Of a DNA stretch of 64,000 nucleotides, positions 52,355 to 62,895 are shown one piece after another. The notes below the pieces were generated by a model. It made no database searches. It saw nothing but the letters and a program-made list of their open reading frames with translations, and was not told the DNA's origin. How positions within the stretch are numbered: position 1 is the stretch's first letter; each line of letters begins with the position of its first letter. A program made the translations under genes and the position numbers. Origin of the DNA: an uncultured Verrucomicrobiae bacterium (GTDB lineage Bacteria; Verrucomicrobiota; Verrucomicrobiia; Chthoniobacterales; JAFAMB01); NCBI GenBank assembly GCA_963782115.1, contig CAWAIK010000001.1, forward strand, positions 96,001 through 160,000. The letters are read 5' to 3'.

Positions 52355-53288
52355 GTGAAAATCGAAAAATACACTCTCGGCGTCGGTGACCGGTTTGCGC
52401 ACCAAGGTCGAGCCCAATTGCAGGCCATCTTCAAGGCGCGCGACGCGGGTATGCACGTTCACCCGGTTTGGAACAAATCCAATCGCGAGCATCTGATTAT
52501 TAAAAGCAAGCCCGACGACGTTCGGGCAGAGGCTGACTCGGCGGTACCGCGCTAGGCTGGACCGCAGCTTACCATGTCGATGCCGACCACATCGGCTTAA
52601 AAACGGTGGATGCGTTTATTCCGGCCAGCGACTTTTTTACCCTCGACGTGGCGGATTTCACCGGTAAGGCGGCCGAAGAGGACGCGATCTACGCTTTCTT
52701 GAAGGCCGTGCGCCACTATACCGGCTCGCTTTCCATTCCGGGTATCGCCCGGCCTTTTGACCTCACCGAGGAAACCGTGCGCGGGGCGGCCCGAAAGTTC
52801 TTGCTCGCCGTGCAAGAGGCCGGTCGCATCTACCGCCACGTCGAGGAAAGGAAAGGACGCGGACGATTTAACAAAGGGGTCGACTACGTCGGCGACCTCG
52901 CGCAATTCGAGAAAGAGTTCGACGAGGACCTCTGCGTTATCGCCTTTGCCATTCGCGAATTCGGGTTAGCCGATACCCTGAAGCTCAGCGTGCATTCCGG
53001 CAGCGACAAGTTTTCTATATACTCCCTCATGAACCGGCTGATCAAAAAACATGACGTTGGCATAGCACGGTGATCGACATTGATCCGAACAAACTCCCGG
53101 ACCCCAAATCCGTGGAGTCATCTCCTCAATATAATCCGCACTTCCGGCAGTTGTTGCACGTCGGTTTTAAGGTCGCTGCCTGGATGGGCAGGCGTTTTAC
53201 CGACGCTTTGGAAGCCAACGAAGAGATCGTCGGCAAAAACGTCACGGGAAACCTTTTTGATCGCCATTTGCAACCCATCTTCGCATGA
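52355..53288 (+). pseudogene. uxaE: Tagaturonate/fructuronate epimerase, frameshifted with internal deletions
   Basis: GVGDRF, PVWNKSNREH, HVDADHI, FTLDV, FNKGVDYVGD, KLSVHSGSDKF, YNPHFRQLLHVGFK in three frames. Confidence 0.85.
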
Positions 53289-53423
53289 ACCGGGCCGGGG
53301 GAGAAGCCGCGGGGCGTTGGCGTTTGACCACGGCGGCTTCGTCCGGTCCGGTTTTGCGGCTTGACCCTTGATTGACGCGGTGCGGCTTCCACGCGGAAAC
53401 TGAACGTTCCAGAAAAGGAAAAA

Positions 53424-54406
53424 ATGTTACAAGCGCTGAAATCCAAAGCCGAGACTGCCGTGACAACCGGTCGCTATCGCTGGGTCGTCTGCGGGCTGTT
53501 GTTCTTCGCGACGACTGTCAACTACATGGACCGGCAAATTCTGTCCCTCCTTAAGCCGATCCTCGACACTCAATTGCACTGGAGCAACGAACAGTTTGGC
53601 GCAGTAAACTCCGCCTTCCAGGGTGCCTAACAGGATTTATCTGGTTGGCTTTTTGGATTCCGCTTTACCAGGTTCCGGAGCGGCAGAAGCACCTGAGCGC
53701 GGACGAACTGGCTTACATTCAGAGTGACCGCGATGAATCGCATGATGAGGGCGCCGGGAAAATCCCTTGACTGAGACTATTCAAATACCGGCAAGCGTGG
53801 TCGATCATCGTCGGAAGATTCATGACCGATCCTGTCTGGTGGTTCTTTCTGATCTGGCTGCCCGACTATTTTAAGAAGACGCGTAACCTCGACATCGCGC
53901 ACAGTTGGATGCATCTGGCGACCATCTATTTTATTATCACGGTGCTAAGTAATATTGGCGGTTGGTTACCTGGGCACTTGATGAGGCGTGGTTGGAGCGT
54001 TACTCGCGCGCGCAAGACCTCCATGTTCCTTTTTGCGCTCTGCCTGGTGCCGATACTGTTTGTCACACGTGTCGGCGACTGGGCAGCAGTTTTCTTGATT
54101 GGGCTGGCAGGATCTGCGCACCAGGCGTGGTCGGCGAACCTTTACTCAACGGCATCCGATATGTTTCCGAAGCGCGCCGTAGGATCTCTTATTGGGTTAG
54201 GCAGCGCGGCGGGTTCAACCGCAGGAATGATTTTTCCGATCTTCTGCAGTCTCTTGCTGGACAAGTTCACAGCCGCCGGCAACGTCACGGGAGGGTACAA
54301 CGTTTTATTCATCATTTGCGCCTTTGCCTATTTAGTAGCGTTTGGGCTTAATCATCTCTGTGCACCCAAATTCGAAGAGATGTCACCTGCCGAGCCCGAG
54401 GTATGA
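53424..54406 (+). pseudogene. ExuT-like MFS hexuronate transporter with an internal deletion and stop
   Basis: RYRWVVCGLLFFATTVNYMDRQ...FQGA*, later TDPVWWFFLIWLP and AHQAWSAN. Confidence 0.85.
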
Positions 54407-54931
54407 GGGATCAGCCGCGGGAACTGCCTACCCGGGACGTTTCGTTCTGAAAGCTGAAAGTGGCGCCCGATGGAGTGTCGCGGCAACACGCACAGAAAGT
54501 GCAGTGATAATATGCCTCACGCACTCGCCGTTTTCTCTTGGTGCAGATCATTTTCTCCCACCAGAGCTGGGAGCTCTGCTCAACGAACACGGCCTTCCTG
54601 TTGAGCAGCGATTGGTAGGAGATCGAGCCAGGTGAGCTTGCGCGTCGGCCAAGATATTTCTTTGGCCGGGATTGGAATCCACTGACTTCTCATCCGCGGG
54701 CCCGGGAGCGTTTGATCCTCTAGTCAAGAATCGTGCTTGACACCAGCCGCTGGTGCGCGTTTGCTGTTACTATAACGTGTAACGAATATCTAGTCAGCCC
54801 TTGAAAGAACGGCTTCTTTTCATCGTTTTGGAGATTGTTGGAACAAGGAGGTCACCGCCGCGCAGAGTTTTCTGGCGCTCGTTACCGGCACCACGAACCT
54901 CAAGGTGATCCTGGTCGATCGTTTAACTGAA

Positions 54932-55900
54932 ATGCTCCACAATCGTCCAGATCTCCGGCTCATGACTCGGGTTGCCCGACTCTACCACGAAGAGCGCCTT
55001 CTCCAGAGTGAGATTGCCAACCGGTTAGGGATCACCCAGGTCGGCGTGTCTCGCCTGCTCAGAAAAGCGGAAGAACACGGGATTGTCCGAACGACGGTCG
55101 TTACGCCGCAGGGAGCGTTTGCGGAACTGGAAGAATTAATCGAGCACAGCTTTGGCCTTAGCCAGGTGATCATCGGCGAAGCCACCAGCGATTCGGAGGA
55201 AGCCGTACGTTCCGCGATCGGCTCTGCCGCAGCCCAGTTTCTTGAATCCACCATGAGATCGGGAGAGGTAATCGGGATCTCGTCCTGGAGCGCCTCGCTG
55301 CTGTCGACGGTGAATCAAATGCATCCGATCCGAAAAGTCGAAAAATGCCTGGTGGTGCAAATGCTCGGAGGCATAGGAAGCCCGTCTGCCGAACAGCACG
55401 CCAATCACTTGGCCGTCCGCTTGGCCAGATTGGTGCGCGGCGAGGCTCGCTTTCTGCCGGTCCCGGGCATCGTCGGCTCCGCGCGCGCAGCCAAGGTCTT
55501 GTTGCAAGACCCTAACGTGAGCAACACCCTGGCGCTCTTTGAAAAGGTCACCCTGGCGCTGGTGGGCGTCGGCAGCCTGGAACCCTCGTCGTTGGTAGCC
55601 AGTAGCGGCAATATTTTTTCGAATGAAGAATTGGAAATGCTTCAAAAGCAAGGCGCGGCGGGAGATATTTGCCTGCGCTTTTATGACAGCAAGGGTCACG
55701 CCATCCGAGGGGCTCTTGATGGCCGGGTAATCGGGATGTCCCTTGAGGGCTTGCGCCAAGTGCAAAGATCGGTCGCCATCTGCGGCGGCAGAAAAAAGTT
55801 TCCGGCGATCCTGGGAGCCGTGCGCGGAAAATGGATTAACACCCTGGTCACCGACCAGCACACCGCCGAACGTTTGGCCAAAACGCAGCCGGAAGCATAG
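54932..55900 (+). CDS. SorC/DeoR-family sugar-binding transcriptional regulator
   Basis: VARLYH...QSEIANRLGITQVGVSRLL, GAAGDIC, LVTD. Confidence 0.92.
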   Translation: MLHNRPDLRLMTRVARLYHEERLLQSEIANRLGITQVGVSRLLRKAEEHGIVRTTVVTPQGAFAELEELIEHSFGLSQVIIGEATSDSEEAVRSAIGSAAAQFLESTMRSGEVIGISSWSASLLSTVNQMHPIRKVEKCLVVQMLGGIGSPSAEQHANHLAVRLARLVRGEARFLPVPGIVGSARAAKVLLQDPNVSNTLALFEKVTLALVGVGSLEPSSLVASSGNIFSNEELEMLQKQGAAGDICLRFYDSKGHAIRGALDGRVIGMSLEGLRQVQRSVAICGGRKKFPAILGAVRGKWINTLVTDQHTAERLAKTQPEA

Positions 55901-55959
55901 CCAGCGCTCCAGACTCCAAACTCTTTGGCAGAGCAGAGAAGATTACCGATCAGGATAAA

Positions 55960-56386
55960 TCGGTGAAGGAACGTTTGGAGAGCATTCGTGCTTACGTTCC
56001 AACGAGCGGAATTCCGTCTCCGGCCATCACGAAAATGGCCAAACTCGGAATTGTCCGGGATGACTGGATGAGGAACAGTCGCCGGCAGGACACCGAAGGG
56101 TCAGTTTAGTTATTCCCGTATCACCACGGACGACCGCCACGGCGTCATTCGGTCGTATGTCGGCGATGGGCAATTTGTGGATGATCCATTAGACACTTTC
56201 GGCAGCCGCGCGGTGGTGGAAGTCGAGGATCTGCAGGGACTGATGCGTTATGTGTGCCATCAGGGTTTTGAGCACCATGCAGCTATGAACCAGTCGCATT
56301 CTGCGGCCGTGTTGCACGAGGCGTTTGCCAATTATTTCGGTTGGGAAACCTATTGGCATCAGGCTGGGGCAAGGGTAGAAGCATAG
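55960..56386 (+). pseudogene. L-fucose/L-arabinose isomerase-family fragments
   Basis: AITKMAKLGIV..DWM, then SRITTDD...SYVGDG...DPLDTFG...GFEHHAAM. Confidence 0.7.
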
Positions 56387-56509
56387 GCTGTATTTTGCTC
56401 TCATCGACGAAAGTTGATGACGCTTGGCAAATGTCGATGCGCCTCCCCCGGTTTGCCCGCCTCGATGCTCTCAAGCATTTCTTCAGGTGCGTGCTTGAAC
56501 TATCGGCAA

Positions 56510-56935
56510 ATGGCAGTTAAGCTGCGACAGATGCCAAATTACAAGACACGGAGCCAACTTACCGAATCCCTCCTGGTTCACACCCATGCCGTGGTCAAGG
56601 ACGGGCTGAAAGCCGGCGCCTACGACAATCTGCGCAGCGCCTTGGGCATTAGCGACCAAAAGCTAGCCGACAGCCTTTCTATCCCGATTCGCACGCTACA
56701 GCGGCGGCTTGACCGGGGACGCTTCATGCCTGACGAATCCGACCGAATCGCACGGCTCTCGCGTATCTACCAGCGCGCCAGTGAAGTGTTTGAGTCTGCT
56801 GACTCGGCCCGTGAGTGGATGCAAACGCCCAACCCGAGCATTGGGTTTGCCGTCCCGCTCGAACTCTGTTCGACCGATCCCGGCTGTGTCGAGGTAGAGC
56901 GACTACTCTACCGGATTGAGTACGGCGTTTTTTAG
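56510..56935 (+). CDS. Xre/MbcA/ParS-family antitoxin
   Basis: IPIRTLQRR, ESDRIARL, AREWMQTPNPSIG...PLEL, RIEYGVF. Confidence 0.92.
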   Translation: MAVKLRQMPNYKTRSQLTESLLVHTHAVVKDGLKAGAYDNLRSALGISDQKLADSLSIPIRTLQRRLDRGRFMPDESDRIARLSRIYQRASEVFESADSAREWMQTPNPSIGFAVPLELCSTDPGCVEVERLLYRIEYGVF

Positions 56936-56965
56936 GGCGGGCGTATCTCCGGTGGCGGCAATCCG

Positions 56966-57451
56966 ATGGAGAAAGCCTACGCCTGGCGATTGGCCAAGGC
57001 CAAATACCGGGAGAGCGCCTTCGACGGAGTAGGAAGCGCTCTGGGCGGCGGCCGCTGGAATAGCGTCGGCACGCCCGTTGTCTATTGTGCTTCGACGCTG
57101 GCTCTGGCCGTGCTTGAGGTGCGGGTTCACATTCCGCTAACGAACTTCCAGCCGCATGCCCGCTACGTGGGTCTGGAGATCTTGATCGACTCTGCGTGTG
57201 TCGAAAGTGTCGCCAAGCTTCCGCGCGGATGGCGCATCACTCCGGACGCGAGCACCCAGAGCACCGCCGCCCGCAGATTCGGCGATCAGTGGGTGACCGA
57301 AAAACGCTCCGTCGCGTTACGCTTGCCGAGTGCAGTGATCCCGATCGAATTTATTTACCTTCTAAACCCGGCTCATCTGGATTTCAGCCGCGCGGTCCAA
57401 TTGGGCAGGGAAGTGGACGTGTTTCTTGATCCGAGGTTATGGCGAGGGTGA
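56966..57451 (+). CDS. RES-domain toxin (ParT/MbcT-like)
   Basis: WR, GGRWNS.G.PVVY, LAVLE.RVH, LPSAVIP, LLNPAH, DPRL. Confidence 0.93.
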   Translation: MEKAYAWRLAKAKYRESAFDGVGSALGGGRWNSVGTPVVYCASTLALAVLEVRVHIPLTNFQPHARYVGLEILIDSACVESVAKLPRGWRITPDASTQSTAARRFGDQWVTEKRSVALRLPSAVIPIEFIYLLNPAHLDFSRAVQLGREVDVFLDPRLWRG

Positions 57452-57690
57452 ACATGGCTAATTCGCCGGGAATCCTTTGCTAGACTTGATTCGATGGCTA
57501 CCGAGTTTGTTCGATTGGGTGCCTTCCGCGCTTCATGGCAGAGCTAGTCAGCAATCGGGCCAAACAATCACTGAAATGGGGTCGCTAGGCAAATGCCGAG
57601 CGCTAAACCCATGCTCATGTGATTTTAACCGGCCAACAACGTAGGCATGCGACCCGCTTTTTAACCAGAGTCGGCCAAAAAAAATGACAC

Positions 57691-57987
57691 ATGCCACGAA
57701 CACCGAAGCGGAAACCGACGGAGAGACCAACTCCACCGTTGGATAGCTCCCTAATCTCTTTTGAAAACCTCGCGTTGCGATGGGATCTGAATTTTGAAGT
57801 AACCAAGCGCCGTGTGCGCGAGGCGAAAATCCCGATCATCCGAATCAGCTACAAAACTCTTCGATTAAGGATGAGCGACATCCTGGCTTTTGAAGAGCAA
57901 TCAGCATCGGGCGACGTGCCCGAACATCAATCGGCCAAAGTGGCCGAGATGCATCCGATGAAAGCCGAGACTATCGATGGAGAATGA
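57691..57987 (+). CDS. Excisionase/AlpA-like HTH protein
   Basis: LISFENLALRW...IPIIRISYKTLRLRMSDILAFEE. Confidence 0.65.
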   Translation: MPRTPKRKPTERPTPPLDSSLISFENLALRWDLNFEVTKRRVREAKIPIIRISYKTLRLRMSDILAFEEQSASGDVPEHQSAKVAEMHPMKAETIDGE

Positions 57988-58217
57988 GCCTCGATCGCGC
58001 GGATTGGTTGCGCCTCATCGAGCGATTGGCCGTGGCAGTGACTTATCCGAATTTTAAATCCGAGGTCGCCAAGCAACCAAGTCAGCAGAACAAACACGAG
58101 GCCTATCACCAAGTCTGGGCGATTATGCACACCCTACAGGCGGGAGAACTCCCAGATAAACCAGCGGCGAAGTGCAAAGCGAGGAAACGAAAGGCGAAGA
58201 ATGTTCCCAAGAATTGA
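57984..58217 (+). CDS. Hypothetical protein
   Basis: ATGA overlap with the upstream gene. YPNFKSEV...YHQVW. Confidence 0.55.
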   Translation: MSLDRADWLRLIERLAVAVTYPNFKSEVAKQPSQQNKHEAYHQVWAIMHTLQAGELPDKPAAKCKARKRKAKNVPKN

Positions 58218-58470
58218 TTCCGAAGGTCGAGTGATGATCTCAATGCGCGCAGAAGCGGGTGGCTTGATCGGTGACGGGCTGGTCGAGCTCAAACCCGGCG
58301 AACCGAACTACGAGGAGATGTTCAACATGCTCGAGGTCCAGCATCTCAGGGAACGTTGCGCGCTTCTGGAATCACTTCTCGCTGAATCGCTCCGTCACGG
58401 TTACCTTAAAGAGAACGTTTCACCGTCTTGGCTTACCGAGGCGCATCGAGCGACCGATCGCACGAAGTAA
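58201..58470 (+). CDS. Hypothetical protein
   Basis: Overlapping, co-directional ORF within the cassette. Confidence 0.55.
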   Translation: MFPRIDSEGRVMISMRAEAGGLIGDGLVELKPGEPNYEEMFNMLEVQHLRERCALLESLLAESLRHGYLKENVSPSWLTEAHRATDRTK

Positions 58471-58571
58471 TCGACTAAATCTTGGGTCAAAACCTGAAAC
58501 TGACCCGCTTATGATTTTAAGTCACCGCCTTACTTTCGCGCCAAAAGTGCATATGTTCATGGCACGAACGA

Positions 58572-58790
58572 ATGAACCAGACAGACTTAGCCGAACTTTT
58601 AACCGATGATCGATTCAGTCCTTTCGTGATTACTACCGTTGACGGGTTCAGCCTCGCGATCGGGCCGCAAGAACGAAACCACATATTGGTTGGCGCGCGA
58701 ATGTTGATCACGTTAGACGCCGAAGGGAATGCAATTCACATCCCTTATCGATCAATCGCGCATATCCAAGAGCCGAAAAAAACCGTTTAG
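58572..58790 (+). CDS. Small hypothetical protein
   Basis: 72 aa with a beta-rich pattern, FSPFVITTVDG. Confidence 0.6.
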   Translation: MNQTDLAELLTDDRFSPFVITTVDGFSLAIGPQERNHILVGARMLITLDAEGNAIHIPYRSIAHIQEPKKTV

Positions 58791-58967
58791 CCGTTCGCTC
58801 GTGACGTTGGCGCACCGAACGTCGGCCTCGGCAGCTTCACTCGCTCCGCTTCATCCGCGAGTATCGCTTTCGCCATCGCGAGACCTTTGATCGCCGCTTG
58901 ATTAAATCCGCGCCAATGATCACCGCTGATCCGAGGTTATGGCGAGGGTGAACTTCCCCAAGTGCCC

Positions 58968-59795
58968 CTAAAAATGGAACCTGACCGGTCCTTGTTGGCT
59001 TCCGTTCGAAATGACCGCTTCAAACAGCTTAGGATCTGCGTTCGGGTGTAGCTCTACGATCCGGAAATGGTCCAAGTTGGGCTCAGAGGTGATCTTCTGA
59101 ACGTCGTGCGTCTCGGTATTTTGGACATAGATCACATCCTTTCCAGCGTCCTCAAGCCAGCTGACCAACACGAGGTTACCAAAAGCCCCGGCCTGCGCTT
59201 GTGGAGTTGTCGGAGTGCCTTGTGCCGCCGTTTGAGCAGGTTGTGCCGGAGGAACAAACGTCCTTGGGTCGGCCCGCGGTCCGATTTTCTCATTCGGATC
59301 TGATCTTTGTTGCTCTGCTGCGTCGATCGAACTGTAGCCGCTCTTGATGTAGGCAGAATCGGGGCTTGAATCCGTGGGCCCGGAGTTGCCTTTGTTGATG
59401 ATGACGACCATCGGGCCGTGGTCGACGGTGGATCTGGAGGATTCCGGTTGCACAGGCGCGGGCGAATCATCCCCATATTGGTAGTCGTCATTCGGGCCGT
59501 AATCTAAATAGGAGTAATCGTAAGGATATCCGTAGGGATACCAATAAAGCGGCCAGAACAACTGTTGAAAAAAGATCCGATGGTCGCGATGAAAGAAACG
59601 GCGGTTTTGATTGAAGGCGAAGTTATGGCGACTTCCAGGTCTCATCCTGAACGCCCTGGCGGCACTGTGGGCAACGGACCCACTACGAAAACTGCCACTG
59701 TGGAACCCACTGCCCCGCGGGCTCGCGAGAGACCTGGCGGAAAGCGTCAAAAAGGTGCTCGCCATCAAACCCGCAATGAACAATGGCATTTTCAC
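58968..59795 (-). CDS. Hypothetical secreted protein
   Basis: Signal peptide, Gly/Ser/His-rich and Tyr/Pro-rich low-complexity tracts, globular C-terminus. Confidence 0.7.
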   Translation of the reverse strand: MKMPLFIAGLMASTFLTLSARSLASPRGSGFHSGSFRSGSVAHSAARAFRMRPGSRHNFAFNQNRRFFHRDHRIFFQQLFWPLYWYPYGYPYDYSYLDYGPNDDYQYGDDSPAPVQPESSRSTVDHGPMVVIINKGNSGPTDSSPDSAYIKSGYSSIDAAEQQRSDPNEKIGPRADPRTFVPPAQPAQTAAQGTPTTPQAQAGAFGNLVLVSWLEDAGKDVIYVQNTETHDVQKITSEPNLDHFRIVELHPNADPKLFEAVISNGSQQGPVRFHF

Positions 59796-60250
59796 ACGAC
59801 TGACTCGCCCTCTAGTTCAGCGACAATCTTTGCTGAGCATCGCTAACGTTATCAAACATCGTCACGGATTCGGCCTTGTCAATAACCATGGAGCAGCGAA
59901 CGACGTTCTTTTTCGGAGAGCAGCCTGTCGCGCTTTGGCGGCTAGGCTCTACTTTCGGGCGATTTCGAATCCGCGCGACAATACGCAATGTGTGGTCTTC
60001 AGATCTGGCGCTCAGGAAACGTACAGTTTCATGCGGAAGAGGTAGTATATGCCAGCCATCGGCTCTCTCAGAATATTCATTGCTGTCGTGTGGCAAAGCC
60101 GCATCTGCGCTGCCGCCGGTTGGCCTCGAAATTGTGTTGCGATTGCAGGTTTGAAAAAATATTCTTTCGCGAGTATTAGAAACCCGCTGTGAGGATAGTT
60201 GTGGTTTGCCGGCATCGGCCCACGGCCCTCGCATCTCCCCTCAAGAACAT

Positions 60251-61282
60251 ATGAAGAGAAACATCTCAAGTTGGTCTCTGCGGACCGCAAATACATGGAC
60301 GATAACGCACTTGTCCATTTTTGGTAAGAAGTCGCTACTCACTCTGAGTCTGGTGGCGTCTCTGGCCGGGTTGCTATCCGGTCAAACGAAGTTTGTGAAG
60401 AAGAGTCCGGTCAAAATCGGTTACTCGGTTTTCGACCTGCAGCAACCTTACTGGCAGGCGTACACCAAGGGAGTTCAAGATGCCTGTAAAGCAGCCGGCT
60501 ACCAATTCATCCTTTCCGACCAGAAGAGCAACCAACAGGCTGAAGTGTCCGGAAGCATCGACCTCATTAACCAGGGGATTAGCGCCCTGATCAATTCACC
60601 GATTGAGCCAGCCGCTTTGCCGGCCGTCATCGAAAAGGCGCATCAGGCGAATATACCGGTGGTGATCGGCGATGTTGGGGTAGGGGGCAAGTACGACGCA
60701 TTTATCGTGTCGAACAATGAAGATGGAGGAAAGCTGGCGGCGCAATACATGATCGAGCATCTCAAGGATAAGTCTGGGGCGAAAGAGGTTCTGGTGATTG
60801 AACTGCACCCTGGCGCGGCAGTAGGCGGGCCACGGACAAAAGGGTTCGTAGACGAAATCAAGAAGCACTCGGAGTACAAAATCGTCGCATCACTGAATGG
60901 CAACGACACAGTGCAGGGGGGCTACCAGGCGACCCAAAATACGTTGTCGGCTAACCCGAACCTCTCGGGGATCTACGCCACCAATGATCCGGAAGCAGAG
61001 GGAGCGGTTCAGGCACTGAAGGCGTCGGGTAAGAACGGCGTGAAGGACGTCTTTTTAGTCGGTTTTAATGGAGATCCTCCCGCACTGGAATTGATTAAGA
61101 ACGGCGAGATGGCCGCAACGATCCGCCAGGACCCTTATGGCCAAGGACAAAAATGCGTTGAGATCGCGACAAAGTTCATGAATAACGAACCGGTTGAATA
61201 TTCGGATCCTGCGACGAAATCAGTCTTCTTTCCAGTAAAAGTAATCGACAAGGAAAACGTCGACCAGTTTCTCCAAAAGTAA
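60251..61282 (+). CDS. Monosaccharide ABC substrate-binding protein (RbsB-like); start uncertain
   Basis: KIGYSV, ANIPVV, IYATND, VGFNG, ATIRQDPY. Confidence 0.9.
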   Translation: MKRNISSWSLRTANTWTITHLSIFGKKSLLTLSLVASLAGLLSGQTKFVKKSPVKIGYSVFDLQQPYWQAYTKGVQDACKAAGYQFILSDQKSNQQAEVSGSIDLINQGISALINSPIEPAALPAVIEKAHQANIPVVIGDVGVGGKYDAFIVSNNEDGGKLAAQYMIEHLKDKSGAKEVLVIELHPGAAVGGPRTKGFVDEIKKHSEYKIVASLNGNDTVQGGYQATQNTLSANPNLSGIYATNDPEAEGAVQALKASGKNGVKDVFLVGFNGDPPALELIKNGEMAATIRQDPYGQGQKCVEIATKFMNNEPVEYSDPATKSVFFPVKVIDKENVDQFLQK

Positions 61283-61341
61283 AAAGAGACCAACTTTGGA
61301 CCACAGACGAAGCTAACTGCGGTCCTGCCGCGGAGGCTGCG

Positions 61342-62895
61342 ATGGGAATAGATCAGAAATCTCACCAGGAGCCGATCCTCGGCCTGACTGGGATTTCGAA
61401 GCAATTTCCCGGGGTAAGAGCCTTAGATAGCGTGGACTTTAGTCTCCAAGCCGGAGAGGTTCACGCTCTGATGGGAGAAAACGGTGCCGGGAAAAGCACA
61501 CTGATCAATATCATCAGTGGGCTTTTGCACCCGACTGCCGGAAAAATTTGCTTGGCCGGTAAAGAGGTGATTTTTGCCAACGCGATCCAAGCGCAAAAGG
61601 CCGGCATCAGCACGATTACCCAAGAATTTAACCTGGTTCCTCAGCTTACGGTCGCCGAGAATATATTTCTCGGTCGCGAACCGACGGTGCGAATGGGTCT
61701 GCTAAACTGGCGCGAGATCAAGCGTCACGCTTCAGAGGTCCTTGATGAGCTGGGGCTCAACGTACCTTTAGGCCAGCGCGTAGCCTACCTGAGTGTCGGA
61801 GACCGGCAACTTGTGGAGATCGCTAAGGCGCTCTCGATGGAATTCAGGATCATCACGATGGATGAGCCAACGGCAGCCTTGAATGCCGCTGAAGTGGCGC
61901 GGCTTTTCGAAATCATCGAAAGATTAAAACGGCGCGGAATCGCAGTTCTTTATGTTTCTCATCGCCTCAGAGAAATTTTCCGAATCGCGGATCGGGTAAC
62001 CGTCCTGCGGGACGGGAAACGAGTTGCTAGCCGGTGCCTCAATGAACTGAGCGAAGACGACGTTGTGACCATGATGCTCGGTCGCGCCCTGAAGAAAGAG
62101 GCGGCTGTCTACCAGGCAATACCGGCCTCGGAAAAAGCTGCTCTTTCCGTCCATAACATTACGGTTCCGGGTTTTCTGGCGAATGTCTCCTTCGATTTGC
62201 GGGTTGGCGAGGTCATGGGCTGCGCTGGTTTGGTCGGATCCGGGCGTTACGAGTTGACGCGTGCGCTCTTTGGACTTCTGCAAATTTCAGGGGGTAAGGT
62301 CGAAATCGATGGGAGACCGGTGGTGCTTACCTCATCCGGCGATTCCATTCGCCATGGTATTTACATGCTGCCAGAGGAACGGAAAATCGAAGGCATTTTC
62401 CCCGACTTGACCGTCCGCGAAAACCTGTTGATCAGCGCAAAGCGATTGTTTCATCGATGGTCAGAGCTCTTAATTAACGCGGACGAAGAAGAAAAGCAGT
62501 ATCAAAAGATGCGGAAATCGCTCGATATCCGGGCCTCCACTTCAGGACAGAAAATAACCAAGCTGAGTGGCGGAAATCAGCAAAAGGTGATGCTGGGTCG
62601 AGCCTTGATGAGCAATTCGCGCATTCTGCTGTTAAATGAACCGAGTCGGGGCGTCGATGTCGGAACGAGGGTCGAAATTCATGCCGCCATCCGCACGTTA
62701 GCTCAGAGTGGTTATGCGATACTGGTAAGTTCGTCCGACATCCCCGAGCTGGTCAGTGTCAGCGACCGATGCCTGGTGTTGAGTGTCGGCCGGACCAAAG
62801 GATTGTTGGATCGAGCACAAATTTCCGAAGATAACATAACCGCTCTGGCGATCGGCCAGGAGATCACAGGAGTCAACAATGAGCAACGCTCCTGA
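61342..62895 (+). CDS. Monosaccharide ABC ATP-binding protein (RbsA-like)
   Basis: GENGAGKST, MDEPT, LSGGNQQKV, two nucleotide-binding domains. Confidence 0.94.
   Translation: MGIDQKSHQEPILGLTGISKQFPGVRALDSVDFSLQAGEVHALMGENGAGKSTLINIISGLLHPTAGKICLAGKEVIFANAIQAQKAGISTITQEFNLVPQLTVAENIFLGREPTVRMGLLNWREIKRHASEVLDELGLNVPLGQRVAYLSVGDRQLVEIAKALSMEFRIITMDEPTAALNAAEVARLFEIIERLKRRGIAVLYVSHRLREIFRIADRVTVLRDGKRVASRCLNELSEDDVVTMMLGRALKKEAAVYQAIPASEKAALSVHNITVPGFLANVSFDLRVGEVMGCAGLVGSGRYELTRALFGLLQISGGKVEIDGRPVVLTSSGDSIRHGIYMLPEERKIEGIFPDLTVRENLLISAKRLFHRWSELLINADEEEKQYQKMRKSLDIRASTSGQKITKLSGGNQQKVMLGRALMSNSRILLLNEPSRGVDVGTRVEIHAAIRTLAQSGYAILVSSSDIPELVSVSDRCLVLSVGRTKGLLDRAQISEDNITALAIGQEITGVNNEQRS

Larger units (their letters stand above)
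57427..58953. mobile_element. 1.5-kb phage-like cassette between exact 27-bp direct repeats
   Basis: TGATCCGAGGTTATGGCGAGGGTGAAC at 57427-57453 and 58927-58953. Confidence 0.75.

Noticed and set aside
54420..54700. Possible sugar-kinase remnant on the minus strand
   Set aside because: Only a weak VEQ..WW resemblance.
62630..62660. LLNEP instead of LLDEP in the second domain of the RbsA-like ATPase
   Set aside because: The second domain of this family is commonly degenerate, so this is not evidence of inactivation.
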